From NCBI GenBank assembly GCA_002269645.1, contig NIVC01001284.1:62001-126000 (forward strand): DNA of 64,000 bases. The letters are read 5' to 3'. Every line of letters starts with the position of its first letter. The stretch's first letter is position 1. This document shows positions 47,206 to 60,800 of the stretch, piece by piece. This stretch comes from Macrostomum lignano. Lineage: Eukaryota. A program made the position numbers and the translations under genes. The notes under the pieces were generated by a model. The model did not search any database, was not told the origin of the DNA, and was given only the letters and a program-made list of their open reading frames with translations.

Positions 47206-47330
47206 GAGAAAGGACAAACTGAAATATAACTTAATTGAGAAAGAGGAAATTTTATGTGAATTAAGTGGAGATGCAATTGATGCACATTAAGTAAAATGCA
47301 TACGCGATAACAGAATTCATGCCAAAAAAC

Positions 47331-47740
47331 TCACCACTGCGAAGCCTCAATTAGACGACTTTCGCTAATTTGAGCCGTTAAACGAGTTGGTTCTGAAGTC
47401 GTAACCCGCCTGCGATGAGAACTCGAGCGCAGGGTGCACCTGCTATTGCGCGACTTTGGTAAGCTAATACGACGTTGTGTAACAGGGTCGGGCACTGCGA
47501 TAGCAGTCTCGTCGCCAAAGTATTGAACAATCACCAGGGGATTGTCTCTATCGTTGCGCGATAATTCTACATAGGTCACGCGGCTAAATTTGAACTTTGC
47601 ATTAGTTGTTTTGTCGAAAGCGGCGTGTCGGATAATTTTAAAGACAGCGTTCTCTTTCGACGCGTCCAGATTGTGAAATTTTGGGTAATAATGCGTTCCG
47701 TTGGAACGCCAGCATCTTTCGTAGCCGTCATATCGCCAGG
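47331..47740 (-). pseudogene. Probable Mutator-like (MULE) transposase N-terminal fragment
   Basis: After acceptor TTTTAG at 47741 the frame reads WRYDGYERCWRSNG...FSRVTYVELS...PLVIVQYFGDE. This resembles the WRxDGY...VxYxGD region recalled from invertebrate MULE proteins. The frame is then truncated. Confidence 0.5.
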
Positions 47741-47789
47741 CTAAAATTCATTTGAGAAAATTAACATGCTTGTTTAAATCTTTTTCACA

Positions 47790-49197
47790 AAGATTCTCTC
47801 CCAGCATGGGTCTCAATCACTCAGTGAAATTCTCTCTCAGCACGGGTCTTAATCACTCAGTAAGATTCTCTCTCAACACGGGTCTCAATCACTCAGTGGG
47901 ATTCTCTCTCAGCAGGGGTCTCAATCACTCAGTGAGATTCTCTCTCTCAGCAGGGGTCTCAATCACTCGGTAAGATTCTCTCTCTCAGCAGGGGTCTTAA
48001 TCACTCAGTGAGATTCTCTCTCTCAGCAGGGGTCTTAATCACTCAGTGAGATTCTCTCTCTCAGCAGGGGTCTTAATCACTCAGTGAGATTCTCTCTCTC
48101 AGCACGGGTCTTAATCACTCAGTGAGATTCTCTCTCTCAGCACGGGTCTCAATCACTCAGTGAGATTCTCTCTCTCAGCAGGGGTCTTAATCACTCAGTG
48201 AGATTCTCTCTCAGCACGGGTCTCAATCACTCAGTGAGATTCTCTCTCAGCACGGGTCTCAATCACTCAGTGAGATTCTCTCTCAGCACGGGTCTCAATC
48301 ACTCAGTGAGATTCTCTCTCAGCACGGGTCTCAATCACTCAGTGAGATTCTCTCTCAGCACGGGTCTCAATCACTCAGTGAGATTCTCTCTCAGCACGGG
48401 TCTTAATCACTCAGTGAGATTCTCTCTCAGCAGGGGTCTTAATCACTCAGTGAGATTCTCTCTCAGCACGGGTCTCAATCACTCAGTGAGATTCTCTCTC
48501 AGCACGGGTCTCAATCACTCAGTGAGATTCTCTCTCAGCACGGGTCTCAATCACTCAGTGAGATTCTCTCTCAGCAGGGGTCTTAATCACTCAGTGAGAT
48601 TCTCTCTCAGCACGGGTCTCAATCACTCAGTGAGATTCTCTCTCAGCACGGGTCTCAATCACTCAGTGAGATTCTCTCTCTCAGCAGGGGTCTCAATCAC
48701 TCAGTAAGATTCTCTCTCTCAGCACGGGTCTCAATCACTCAGTGAGATTCTCTCTCAGCACGGGTCTCAATCACTCAGTGAGATTCTCTCTCAGCACGGG
48801 TCTTAATCACTCAGTGAGATTCTCTCTCAGCAGGGGTCTTAATCACTCAGTGAGATTCTCTCTCAGCACGGGTCTCAATCACTCAGTGAGATTCTCTCTC
48901 AGCACGGGTCTCAATCACTCAGTGAGATTCTCTCTCAGCACGGGTCTCAATCACTCAGTGAGATTCTCTCTCAGCAGGGGTCTTAATCACTCAGTGAGAT
49001 TCTCTCTCAGCACGGGTCTCAATCACTCAGTGAGATTCTCTCTCAGCACGGGTCTCAATCACTCAGTGAGATTCTCTCTCAGCACGGGTCTCAATCACTC
49101 AGTGAGATTCTCTCTCAGCACGGGTCTTAATCACTCAGTGAGATTCTCTCTCAGCACGGGTCTCAATCACTCAGTGAGATTCTCTCTCTCAGCAGGG
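47790..49197 (+). repeat. 36-bp (some 38-bp) minisatellite AGATTCTCTCTCAGCACGGGTCTCAATCACTCAGTG
   Basis: Direct inspection. ORFs 48198 and 48742 show the 12-aa period. Confidence 0.96.
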
Positions 49198-49779
49198 GAA
49201 CACCAGCTCACATTGACAGCTACAACTGTACCATTTCCAGTGCTTACCCCACCATATAGGCAGACAAAAATAGGATCTTGATTTATATATAGCAGCTTAG
49301 AAATAGTTCACCTTTTCCAATAATTTTTGCTCGATATATGTAAACCTCGCCACCTTTTGGTCTCTGAGGCGTCTTGGTCGAAATCTTAGTTCGATCAACT
49401 GTTCTAAGTATTTTTGCAGCCTCACTTGGGGTCAATGAGTGCTTGAGCTTATCGTAGACAATTGTTCTAAAATGTTAAGTGTTTATATTTTCATGTATAA
49501 AACAGCAATCCTATTTTTGTTATAAGTCATAGGATATAAAATATACATAAATATATTTCAATTATTTAATTCTTACTTGATTCATATTTGTTAAAAAATT
49601 ATGTAAAATCATTAAAAAACAAAAAATACAATAGTTTTAAAATTATTTTGCTCGATAAGCTTTATTTGCTTTGTTTTACAAGATGGTCTATGTTGACCAA
49701 AACATGTTTTAAGTTATAAAACCTTCAATCTTGATTAGAACTTTTTGTTTTAATCACTTTCATTAAAACTCTTGATGCC

Positions 49780-51720
49780 AGCAGACTATGCCTGAGTGGT
49801 TTGTTCAAGAGCTAAATGATAACCACATGACAGAGTGGCTATTTAATGTGCAATTGCCATTTACTATACCGAATCAGGCCCTATACTATGCCCAACAAGT
49901 GCACAAGACCTGGCAGATCATGAATTCTCAGTTGCAGCACTGTAGCACTAATTTATCAGCTGCAGTGGCACTAGTTCAGTCAACACTGACAGGAACACAG
50001 TTGCAGCATAGGACACAACTAATATAGCATTATCAACCATAGGCCCATTGAGTGTAGGTGGCCCTAGTGTCATCATGAAGACCAACTGACATAGCCACAT
50101 CAACAGAAATAGCCCAGTGCAGCAGTGCCTATCTGCTATGGATGGCTACCATCAGACTGGCCACCTCCACCAGAGGTGCCCAAATGCCAGTGGGGGGGGC
50201 TGGTCCAATTGGTCAGTACTAGCACTAAGCAGTTTAGCCCAGCCTCCACATCCACACCCTAGCTGCTAGCCTGACCAAGTGCACTTTATCACCTTGTACA
50301 TGCTTAGAAGATGCTAGCTGTGCATGATTGACACCAGTGCCAAGATCTCCTACATTATTAACAACATTGTGCACTTGGCCACAGCTGAGGCCTAGCTCAA
50401 CAACTATTTATGGCATGATTGGCAATCGAGCAACTATGCTAGGCATGTACCAGTTATCCTGAGATATGACTTCCTCAACAAATCTGACATTTTAATTTAC
50501 CCAAGATCAGGCATCCTTGAGTTTAATGGCCTTGGTGTCACCTTGACAATGTGTACATCCAAGCAGGCGGCCCAGATGTGCAAGCTGGCAGTAGCGGCCA
50601 TAGTTCAACTGCAGCCAGGCAATGGCTGAATCATCCCAGTGCAGCCAGCGAGTGCAGTAGTGTGGACAAACTTGGAGTCACCAGGCGGCAGGCTGCAGCA
50701 GCAAGACAGACAAAGTATTGATTGGCCGCAGCATACCCAAGCTAGCTGATCACAGAATGCAGGTTGCAGTCATCAATGCCCAGCAATGAGGCAGTCAATA
50801 TAAAGGAAGGCGATATTGTTGGTAACTTCAGAACTTGCTGTCTGGCTAAGCCAGGCACCTGCAAGCTAGATCTGGCAATAGCAGCTAGACAGATCTGAAT
50901 ATTGCAACATCTTGATAAGATGAAGTGCAAATTACTGATGACATCCCAACTAAGGAATGGCAGCAAGTTGAACACCTGCTAGAGTTCAGCGGCGTCTTTG
51001 CAGGCCCTAGAAACCTAGGCTGCACTTAGTTGTTAAAGCATGAGATTGACACAGTCAACACCAGGCCAATTTACCAAGGACTGTGGCATCCAGCCCCTAA
51101 AGCAATTGCTCAGTAGAAGGACCTAGTCAATGAGATGCTGGCAAAGGGAATCATTGTCACCTTGGTCTCTATTGGATTGTTCTGATTGGCAAGAAGGAAA
51201 GGTTGGCCAGATTGTGCATGGACTACCCTCTGATAAACAGTGACCAAACCCAATGCCTTCCCAATGCCCCGATTTGATGACTATTGCCACTTTTAAGTCA
51301 AGATGGACAATGGGAATAAGGAGAAGACAGTGTTTGTGTGCTATGAAGGCTTGTTTGAGTTCAAAATGATGCCGTTTAGATTATGGATTATGGAATGCAT
51401 TAGCCACCTTTCAGTGGCTCATGCAACTGGTGCACCGGGGAGTCTGACATGGCAGGCCTATCTTATGTTCATTGACAATATCATGATGATGGACTAAACC
51501 ATCAGCTAGCACAATGATTGGTTGGAATCAGTTCTAGTGCAACTGCACAAGTTCAATCTGCACCTCAAGCCATCAAAGTGCCACTTTGCTAATACCACCA
51601 GCATGATATTCCTAGGACACTGCATCAGCAAGACTGGCATCACTGTAGCTGAGGGCAAGACCATGGCTATGCAGCACTGGCTGGTACCCTGGAGCTCAAA
51701 TGACAGCAAGAGCCTCCTCT
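49780..51720 (+). mobile_element. Decayed Ty3/Gypsy LTR-retrotransposon gag-pol remnant
   Basis: Protease-like IDTSAKISYI (~50330). RT motifs KEKTVFVCYEGLFEFKMMPFRL, YLMFIDNI and NLHLKPSKCHF...IFLGHCISKTGI. Many stops and frameshifts; no LTRs recognised. Confidence 0.8.
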
Positions 51721-53791
51721 AAAATTGAATATATAATGTATATATGCAATATTTTTGCTATAGACCATATATAACATAGACTGCAAATTTCCAGGGCCTG
51801 TCTAGGCACATTGTGGGACAAAAAACAATACAAAAATGGTCCTTCCCCCTTGCCATTCTTGCCCCATTCCAATTGGCAACTATTTCTATGCTTTTGGCAG
51901 CTTAAACAAGTCCTTGATAGCAAGTAGAGTATCATTTCACTCTTTTTAGAAGGATGATCAGTTAAAGCAAAAATGGATTGCAGCTCTGTTGAGAAGGCCT
52001 TTCTTGCCTTTCCAAGCCACCTGCAACTTGTGCAAAAGAGGAGGACAATGACTGCTGCATCTGCATCTGTACCTACCAAAATGGATTTCAGCAGCTTTCT
52101 TAGTGAACTTGATTACAAACTGCCACAGCCTGCATCCTGCAACCCACTTGATGAGATTGCTGCCACCATAGATGGACCTGACTACGAACCAGTTCTAGAT
52201 CAACTGGATCTGGTTGTGGTTTCAACTGTGTAAGCAAGGATGCATATCAAATAAAAGTAAGAAAGATTAAGAATTTTAAATGCCAATACAAGTGGCTTTT
52301 AGCTACGTATTTGATCATGAAAAAAGTTCAAAGGCCTTGGAGATCATGAGAAAGTCTATGACTCAGAAGTACAACAAATTCAGGGCACTGAACAAGAAGC
52401 ACCAGTGACTGAGGGTATGGTCAAAGTTGCTGACTAAAATGATGAAAGTATTGAAAGCAAAGAATATTGCAGACAAAGCTGCAGCACCCTATATGCAGGC
52501 TCTGTCATCAAATTCATTGTTGAGTCAGACAAAATTGAGTCCAAACATCAGTGTTAACCTTTCTTGACATTCTGTATATGCTAAAACTAATCCAAAATCA
52601 ATGGCAGTCCTTGGGTAGAATAGTCTATTTGGTTTTTGGCAAATGGGTGCATTAGCCATTAAGTGCAACTTATATTATGCTAATATTTTTTCTTTACATA
52701 ATGTTAATTTCTTTGAATGTGTCAAATTGTTTTTTTTTGTAAAGGAATAATAGGTTTTTGAGCATAAAATCTGCATATGCACCCTAAATTTTAAAATCTC
52801 ACCCTGAAATTGAAAAAAGTAGGTGAAGTTAAAATGCAATTTCACCACCTATTTTTCTTTTAAGCATCATTTGCACTGCTTTGAAATAATGAATTTATGC
52901 TTTGAGTCTTAAATTGCACCTTGAAATTGTGAACAAGGTGAAATTTTGTACCTTGTCTCTGTATATGAATACTATTATATAGGAATTAGATATGGGAAAT
53001 ATTTGTTCCCATAACTCTAGTGGAACACAATGAATTAAGACCAACTAAAACAAAATCAAACTTACTTCACAAATTACATAGATTGTAGGAGCATTTTAAT
53101 ATTATTAGTTATAGAAAGACATGGTATCAATCAATTAAGTTAGTGATATGTTGGTCATTATAGGCGATTGAATATGTTTAATAGTCCTTTGTCTCACTTT
53201 CAAACACAGTAATAAGACCACTTAATTAATTGGGCTATAATGTGCTATAAAAGTGTCTTTGCTGATTCTGAAAGTCCAAAACATTTAATTAAATACTATT
53301 CCAAGCAAAAAGTTTTCTCAAACACTTCTAGAATATGGAAAGATAGAGCTCTTTTGCCTGAATAGTATAGGAAAATCAAGGTCCTGTTTGTCCAAGGAGT
53401 TTTCCAGCATGCCACAGCCACATAGGTAGGAAAGTAAAAAAATGTGTATTCAGCAAGCCTTTAAGCCTCTCAATAGCACTAGCAGCAGAGGTTATGCCTC
53501 AAGACTTGGTAGGGCACCAAAAACTAACCACCAACTAGGTTGCCACATTGTGCAAATGCCTAAGTCCAACTATTGGCTCATTGCTATAGACATCAGCTAT
53601 GAACTTTTGGTGTCTAGTGGTGTCTAGCTGCATCCCATGATTGTTTGCCACTATCTGGTTGCTGCCAAACTGCATGGCCACATTACTAGGAAGAAGCCAT
53701 TTATCTCTAACAAAAATTGGAAATAGCACTTGAACAGGGCAAAGCAGCATATAAGTTGGACACCACACGACTTGGCCAAGACCATCTAGAG

Positions 53792-54542
53792 CAGGGGTCG
53801 GCAAACTCCAACCCGCAGGCCAAATCCAGCCTGCAAGGCTTCCTTATCTGGCCTGTTTCCCTTTGCTATTACTTAATGTTAATGTGGCCTGCAAACAGAT
53901 TTCACAAAATCCACTCCATACTCACCACCCAAGCAAGGCCTAACCAAGGGCAGAGGAATGAAGGGAGGGAAAAGGGGCTATGAGAGAGAGAAGGCCCTAC
54001 TGTACTCTTCCACAGAAGGATAGAGGAGAGGAAGGGTTTGTGTGCACAGTCATGTTGAAGCTGAATGTACATTCAGCCTCAAACCAGCGTCCCCCCACCC
54101 AGTTTGCAATCAGAAAGGAGAGAGAAATGGTAAAAAAGCCGGTAGGCTAAGAGATCACTCACCGGACTGTAGTAAATACAAAACTTTTTAAATAATCAGA
54201 CAGCTCGTACTGGTATCTATTACTGCATTGTTAACATAACAATTTTATAGTGTTCTAAAGTTTATTTTAAGTGCTTGCTTTAATAATTGACTCTAAGCCT
54301 AATAGAAAATGGCTTCAGCACCGCAACAAAAAAAGCGCAAGGTTGACATGGAGCACTGTTCATTCAATTCTGCTTGGACTGAGAACTATTTTTTTATTGA
54401 GAGACATGGAATGGCACAGTGTCTTATCTGCATGGCAACTGTCGCAGTTTTCAAGGAGGCTAACATCTGCTGTCATTGGGAGTCTGTGCACAAGGCATCT
54501 AAGTATATGACAATGAACACTGCAACTTGCCAGAGTGCTATC
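53792..54542 (+). mobile_element. 5' part of an hAT (Charlie/Buster/SPIN-like) transposon with a truncated transposase (54309-54542)
   Basis: Terminal CAGGGGTCGGCAAAC...CCCGCAGGCCAAATCCAGCCTGC is preceded by ATCTAGAG (nTCTAGAn target). The ORF reads KKRKVDMEHCSFNSAWTENYFF...CLIC...VAVFKEANICCHWESVH. Confidence 0.8.
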
Positions 54543-54625
54543 CATACATGTGCAACCTCCAAAATTCGGTCGGCCGTGCAACTTAGTTTTAAGAAAAATG
54601 CGGCTAGTTTTTGGCCGAAAATGCC
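54543..54625. mobile_element. One end of a second copy of the 45462-45758 MITE family, interrupting the hAT transposase
   Basis: CATACATGTGCAACCTCCAAAATTCGGTCGGCC...TTTTTGGCCGAAAATGC matches the reverse complement of ~45678-45758. Confidence 0.8.
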
Positions 54626-57395
54626 AATTTGTTTGTTTAAATAATAAACTTATGTTGAATACAATTTATTACAAACGAACTCTACAAAATACACATTGTC
54701 AAGAGTAACAAAAATGATAAACAAATAAACTTTAAAAAATAATATTAAATATGTTATAGAATTATAGAGTATAACATTATAAGATAGTTAAAGTTAATAA
54801 AATACATTATTATAGCTTTTCTATAATTTTCTTTAGAGTCATTTTAGGTTGTAATTAAACTTATAGTTTTAACAAATCATTTTATTAAAATAAAGCTATG
54901 CGTAAATAATTTGTGCTTTTATAGACTTTTTTACCTTTTAAAAACTTACATAGGGGCCTAAATTTATTTTATAGCTTTATTGCTTTCAAATTGCAAAAAA
55001 AACAAAATTTTAATAAAACTTGCCCTTGATTTTTGGATTTTACCAAATAAATTATAATTTAGTAGACCTTATTAAAGCAATTAAATTTAAATTAAAAAAA
55101 CGAAAATTAATGAATTATATAATTATTTATTTATGATAAAAAACATGTCATAATAATAAAAACATGTGAGGATATTATATTAGGAGACAAGGTAGTCAGG
55201 ACACTCAACTTCTTAAGTCAAAACAAACATATTTACCTTGGAGCAGGAGTGTATCGAATAGTAATAGTCTTCTGGGGAGCATCTGCCATTAATTAAAGCG
55301 TTTAAAATAATTCTATTAGACGAATCAGACGAAAATAGTTAAACCGACCAATAGTGCAGTTGTAACTGAAATAGGCTATAACTTATAAGAATAAGAATTG
55401 CCTATTAAAAATAAGACTAAGAATACAGATGCACAAATAATTAAAACCAATGAATCATGCAGAATAACCGTATAACTTCTACTACCAGCTTACCCACCAA
55501 ATTAGATTCGAATTAGCATTGAATTAACCATAATGAGAATGATTTAAGCTTTCCTTCAAGTTGAAAAAAACTAATTCAGACATGTTCATAGAAATTTAAA
55601 AAATTAAATTTTTATAGGTAACAGTTTAAAACAAATCTACTTAAACTACAATATTGTCCGTCAAATAAAAGGAACTTTTTTTCAGAAACCTTAATGTAAC
55701 TTATGTTTTTAGTTCAAAAATACTAAGTAATCGCGTTCAAGCAAGCATTTATTAAGTAGAATTTAACTTTGATGATAAGCGCAATTCGCAGAATGACGCG
55801 CGCGTTTAATTACGGCACGAGCTAACTACAGATTTTTCATATTACTGATTCCAGAACCAGTCAGTATCGATACGGATCTTCCAAAAAATAAGCAGTATAG
55901 CTATTTAACTTTGTTGAATGTTTGACTGCTTTAACTTTGCACAACTTTTCACTGTCTTCTTCGCTATTACCTATTATTGCCATTCGATAATTTCCACTTT
56001 ATAAATTAAATTATAGCACTTATATTCCTCTAGTCTTAAACTTGGAGACAAAAAGTAATACTTTACAAATGGTATCTGGTTCTATTTATATAGAACCAGA
56101 ACAAGCAATATGAAAAGGCCTAGCTGGTTAGTTCCAGTTTGTAGACCATCATATCATTCATAATTTCATATGTATGTATGTATCCAAACAATTATTAGCC
56201 TAGGCTAAATATAGGCCTATGCCGCCTATTGACTAATATTGGCCCAACAGGCCTTTTTGCCTGATGCAAACTTACTACTACTACTACTTCCTTTTTATAG
56301 CTTTATGGCCATAAAGTTTAGGACTGGAAATTAGGCAGTCTCATAGTTATAACTTATAAGTTATAAGCCTATAAAATACTCATAATTTTCATAAACTCTG
56401 TCAGCCAAATACTATTATATTAGCTCAGCCTTGGCTCACTTGTATCATATAGTTGATAGTTAGTAATAAACTTTGGCATTCATAGGCCTATGAATTCTGG
56501 TTTGGTTTAGGTGGCCAAAATTCCATTCAATTAAAATGATCCTGTAGGCTACAATGTAGCACATTTTCTAGAAAATGGCATTTGGCTTGGTGCAGTATAG
56601 TGCAATATAGTGCAGTATAGTGCAGTTACTTTGGTAATTGCCACTTTGATAATAAAAAATGACCACTTTGGTTACAACCACTTCGGTTATAGCTAGTTTG
56701 ATAACAAATTAGATTTACAATTGTCAACTTATAGAATATAGGCCTATCTTATTACCAAAATGGTAATTTTTGTTATCAAGGTGGCAATGACTGATGCTGA
56801 TGGCACATTTCAACCACAGCAAGAAAGTTATAGGAAGTTATGGAAAGTTTACTAGCTATGAATATGGATATAGATACAAGTAGGCTATGGGAAAAAGGAT
56901 ATGGCTATAGCAAAATCCATATGAACTCAATCCCATAAATTAGTTGCTTAAGACCACAATGTCCAAAAACTTCTGTTCTCTGACTTAGCAGAGTAGCAAA
57001 CTTTATACAAGCCAGTTGCTTTCTTGAGATCATTGTTTGTAGCAGGCCAGCAGAGTTCTATTCTAACTAGACTTTGACCTAGCAATTCCAAAATATGTTT
57101 AATAATGTCCTTGATTACACTTATGCAGAAATTTTGGAACAAAAATTCTATCTCCTGAGAACAAGATCATCTTGAATAGTTAGTTTATTCCAGATAGACT
57201 TGAAAGATGTCAGTGCCTAATACTAAAGTCTCCTGTTGTCACAGCTTTCTTTAGCATCCACATATCTTGACAATCTAGCTAGGTTTTTTATTATATTTGC
57301 AAATGTATGACTTATAACTTTGTGAAAAAAAAACAAAATAAATTCATTATTTTTTCTTGCAAAAAATCAGCTGCTACGTCTACAACAAGCCAATC

Positions 57396-57848
57396 ATGCC
57401 GGGTGGCCCAGCTAAAAGAATGAAATTACTGCTGCCAATCAAGACCAGTCATGGACAATTGATTGCACAAAGTAGAGAAGAAGCAATTGAAGACCATCAG
57501 GCAGTGGATGATAATGTGGAGTCTGATGCTGAGTCCAATGTTGCTTCTGGCAGTGATGAAGGTATCAATTTAATGCCAGACTCTGATGCTGACGAACTTA
57601 TTGACCACAATGAAACTGCTGGCCAAGACTTGACTCCAGTTGAACAGATGGCATTGGAAGAGTCAAAAGCTAAAGAGATGAGGATAAATATTGCTAACCA
57701 TGCTCAAACTGTAATGGATAATCCGCAAGAAAATGTAAGAGTGCCGATGCATTCAATACTTGTTGGGATGCACATAAAGGCACAGATAGATACGAGAATA
57801 TATCTGTACATAGATAGATAGATACATGAATACAAAAATAGATAGATA

Positions 57849-57879
<31 letters not shown>

Positions 57880-60800
57880 TAGACGGACAGGCAGACAGAT
57901 GGACAGATAGACAGGCAGACAGACCGATGGATAATAGACAGACAGATAGGCAGGCAGGCAGACAGATAGACACACCGATAGATAGATATATATAGGTGTA
58001 ATATATATAGGGTATATATAGGTATAGCATATACAGGTGTAAACAAGCAATAAATCAGTTATTATGCTACCTCGCCCAGGTTGGTCATCTGCGCAAGCTC
58101 CGCCTACTGTTAGCGGACCCGCTGTGCCAGGCTCGGCCCCTGCTAGCCGACTACATTGTCGTGTCGCTGTGCGAAGTTTTCAAAGACATTTTGCCCTCGT
58201 ATAAAATACGCTTAGCAACTGACACGGAGAAAAGTCAATTAGCTAAAAAAGAGACGAAACGATTGCGCGCGTTTGAGGAGACTTTGCTGTTGAATTATCG
58301 CAAATATTTGGCTCTGTTAAGGCAGGCCATGTGCAAGCAGCAGGCTACTAACAGTAGCAAGACTGCTAAGGATAAAAAACTTAGCGGTTGGAGAAGAAAA
58401 CGGAAACGGGCGGCAGAGAAAGACGAAGCGGAACTGGCCTATGTGAGTTGGGTGTTTGTTATGCTGTTAGTCATTTTTGTGGACATTTACTGAGTCTAGA
58501 CTGTAGTGTATAGGGTTCATTCTTATGGAGCTGGTGGACATTTTAACTGGATCGAGTTAACATGTTTTGATGCGATTTCAACATTTTCATGGCATCTAGT
58601 GGACATTATGATGTCATCTAGTAGACATTGTGAAGTCATCCAGTGGACATTGAGAAGTCATCTAGTAGACATTGTAATTTTTATTTAGTGTTCATTGTGT
58701 GTGATATTATCTAGTGATCATTGTGATGGAATCTAGTGGACATTGTGATGTGATGGAATCTAGTGGACATTGTGATGTTATGGAATCTAGTGGACATTGT
58801 GATGGAATCTAGTAAACATTGTGATGGAATCTAGTGGACATTGTGATGGAATCTAGTGGACATTGTGATGGAATCTAGTGGACATTGTGATGTGATGGAA
58901 TCTAGTGGACATTGTGATGGAATCTAGTGGACATTGTGATGTGATGGAATCTAGTGGACATTGTGATGTGATGGGATCTAGTGGACATTGTGATGGAATC
59001 TAGTGGACATTGTGATGTGATGGAATCTAGTGGACATTGTGATGGAATCTTGTGGACATTGTGATGTGATGGAATCTAGTGGACATTGTGATGGAATCTA
59101 GTGGACATTGTGATGTGATGGAATCTAGTGGACATTGTGATGGAATCTAGTGGACATTGTGATGTGATGGAATCTAGTGGACATTGTGATGGAATCTTGT
59201 GGACATTGTGATGTGATGGAATCTAGTGGACATTGTGATGTGATGGAATCTAGTGGACATTGTGATGGAATCTAGTGGACAGTGTGATGCGATGAAATCT
59301 AGTGGACATTGTGATGCGATGGAAGCTAGTGGACAGTGTGATGCGATGAAATCTAGTGGACATTGTGATGCGATGGAAGCTAGTGGACATTGTGATGCGA
59401 TAGAATCTGTGGACATTGTGATGTGATGGAATCTATTCAACATTTGTAATGTCAGCTTAGTGGACATTGTGACGGAATATACTCTCTAAAAGTTAGTAAA
59501 ATCATCAGATTACTTTTCGTTTGGGTAGACAACTTAGGAAGAGTGCTTATTAATGATATGTTGATTAGTTAGTTAATTAGTTAATTACTCAGCTAACCCA
59601 GACCACATTCATTCCTCCCTACCGCCCCCAGTCCAATCGCAATGTGGCCATTCGTTGCCTCTCTCAGCTACTGGCCAATCATCCCAACTTTAACGAATCA
59701 TCGGAGCTGATAGCTTGGCTAACCCCTTGTCTGCAAAGCCGCTCCGCTGAGATCAGCTCGCTCGCCTGCTCGGCATTTCGCCAGCTGTTCGTTGAGGATC
59801 GAGCCGGCGAAGCGTCCCTCAGAGCGGTGAAAGCCGCTTGTCGCGTGGCCGTGGCCGCCGGAGCAAAAGTACATGCCGACCTTTTAGACGTGCTGACCAG
59901 TGTTCGACTAGATCTGCCGCCTCCCACTAAAGTGGGTTACGTTTCGGATTTTTGGTTGCTATGAGGATATTCTTGTTCTCTAATTGCTATGGGGATATTC
60001 TTATTCTCTGGTTGCCATGGGGATATTCATATTCGCTGGTTGTTATGAGGATTTTCGTATTCTCTGATTGATATGGTAATATTCTGATTCTCTGGTTGCT
60101 ATGGAGATATTCTTATTCTCTCGTTGCTATGAGGATATTCTTATTCTTTGGTTGCCATGGGAATATTGGTATTCTCTGGTTGATATGGTAATATTCTGAT
60201 TCTCTGGTTGCTAAGGCGGTATTATTATTCTCTGGTTGCTATGGGAATATTCTGATTCTCTGGTTGCTAAGGCGATTTTCTTATTCTCTAGTTGCTATGG
60301 GGTTAATATTATTCTCTGGTTGCTAAGGCGATATTCTTAAATCTTAATCTCTAGTTGCTGCGGGGTTAATATTATTCTCTGGTTGCTATGGGGATATTTT
60401 AGTCTCTGGTTGCTATAGCGATATTCTTATTCTCTAGTTGCTATGGCGATATTTTTAGTCTCTGGTTTCTAGATCGAGATATTCTTATTCTCTTATATTG
60501 CTATGGGGATATTCTTATTCTCTGGTTGCTATGTGGATATTTCTAGCTTCTAAAAATACGGTCCGATAATTAAATTCCCAGTTCCCTTGTCCGCCTCCCA
60601 CCCGTCCAGGACCAGTCTGCGCCCGGCAACCAGCGGCTTACCCACCAGCAGAAGCTGGCCAAGTTATCCCGCAAAGAGCGCCGGCAGGGCAAGCGATCGG
60701 CCGATGCCACTCGCGGCCTCGAGGAGCTGCGCCATCAGGAGAGCGCTGCCACTCGGGCCCGACTGCAGCAGCGGTGCGCGGAGCTGCTGTTGCATCTGTA

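Noticed and set aside
12815-49281. Many long ORFs with periodic translations (e.g. 12815-13715, 19866-20747, 21550-22523, 28775-29866, 34262-35558, 36090-36635, 37116-38197, 44167-44835, 46207-47217, 48198-49281)
   Set aside because: They are read-throughs of tandem DNA repeats, open in several frames or on both strands, and mostly lie inside predicted introns.
51973-53790. Short ORF fragments and AGGTGAAATT-type repeats between the Gypsy and hAT remnants
   Set aside because: Probably further TE debris, but I could not define a family, termini or TSD.
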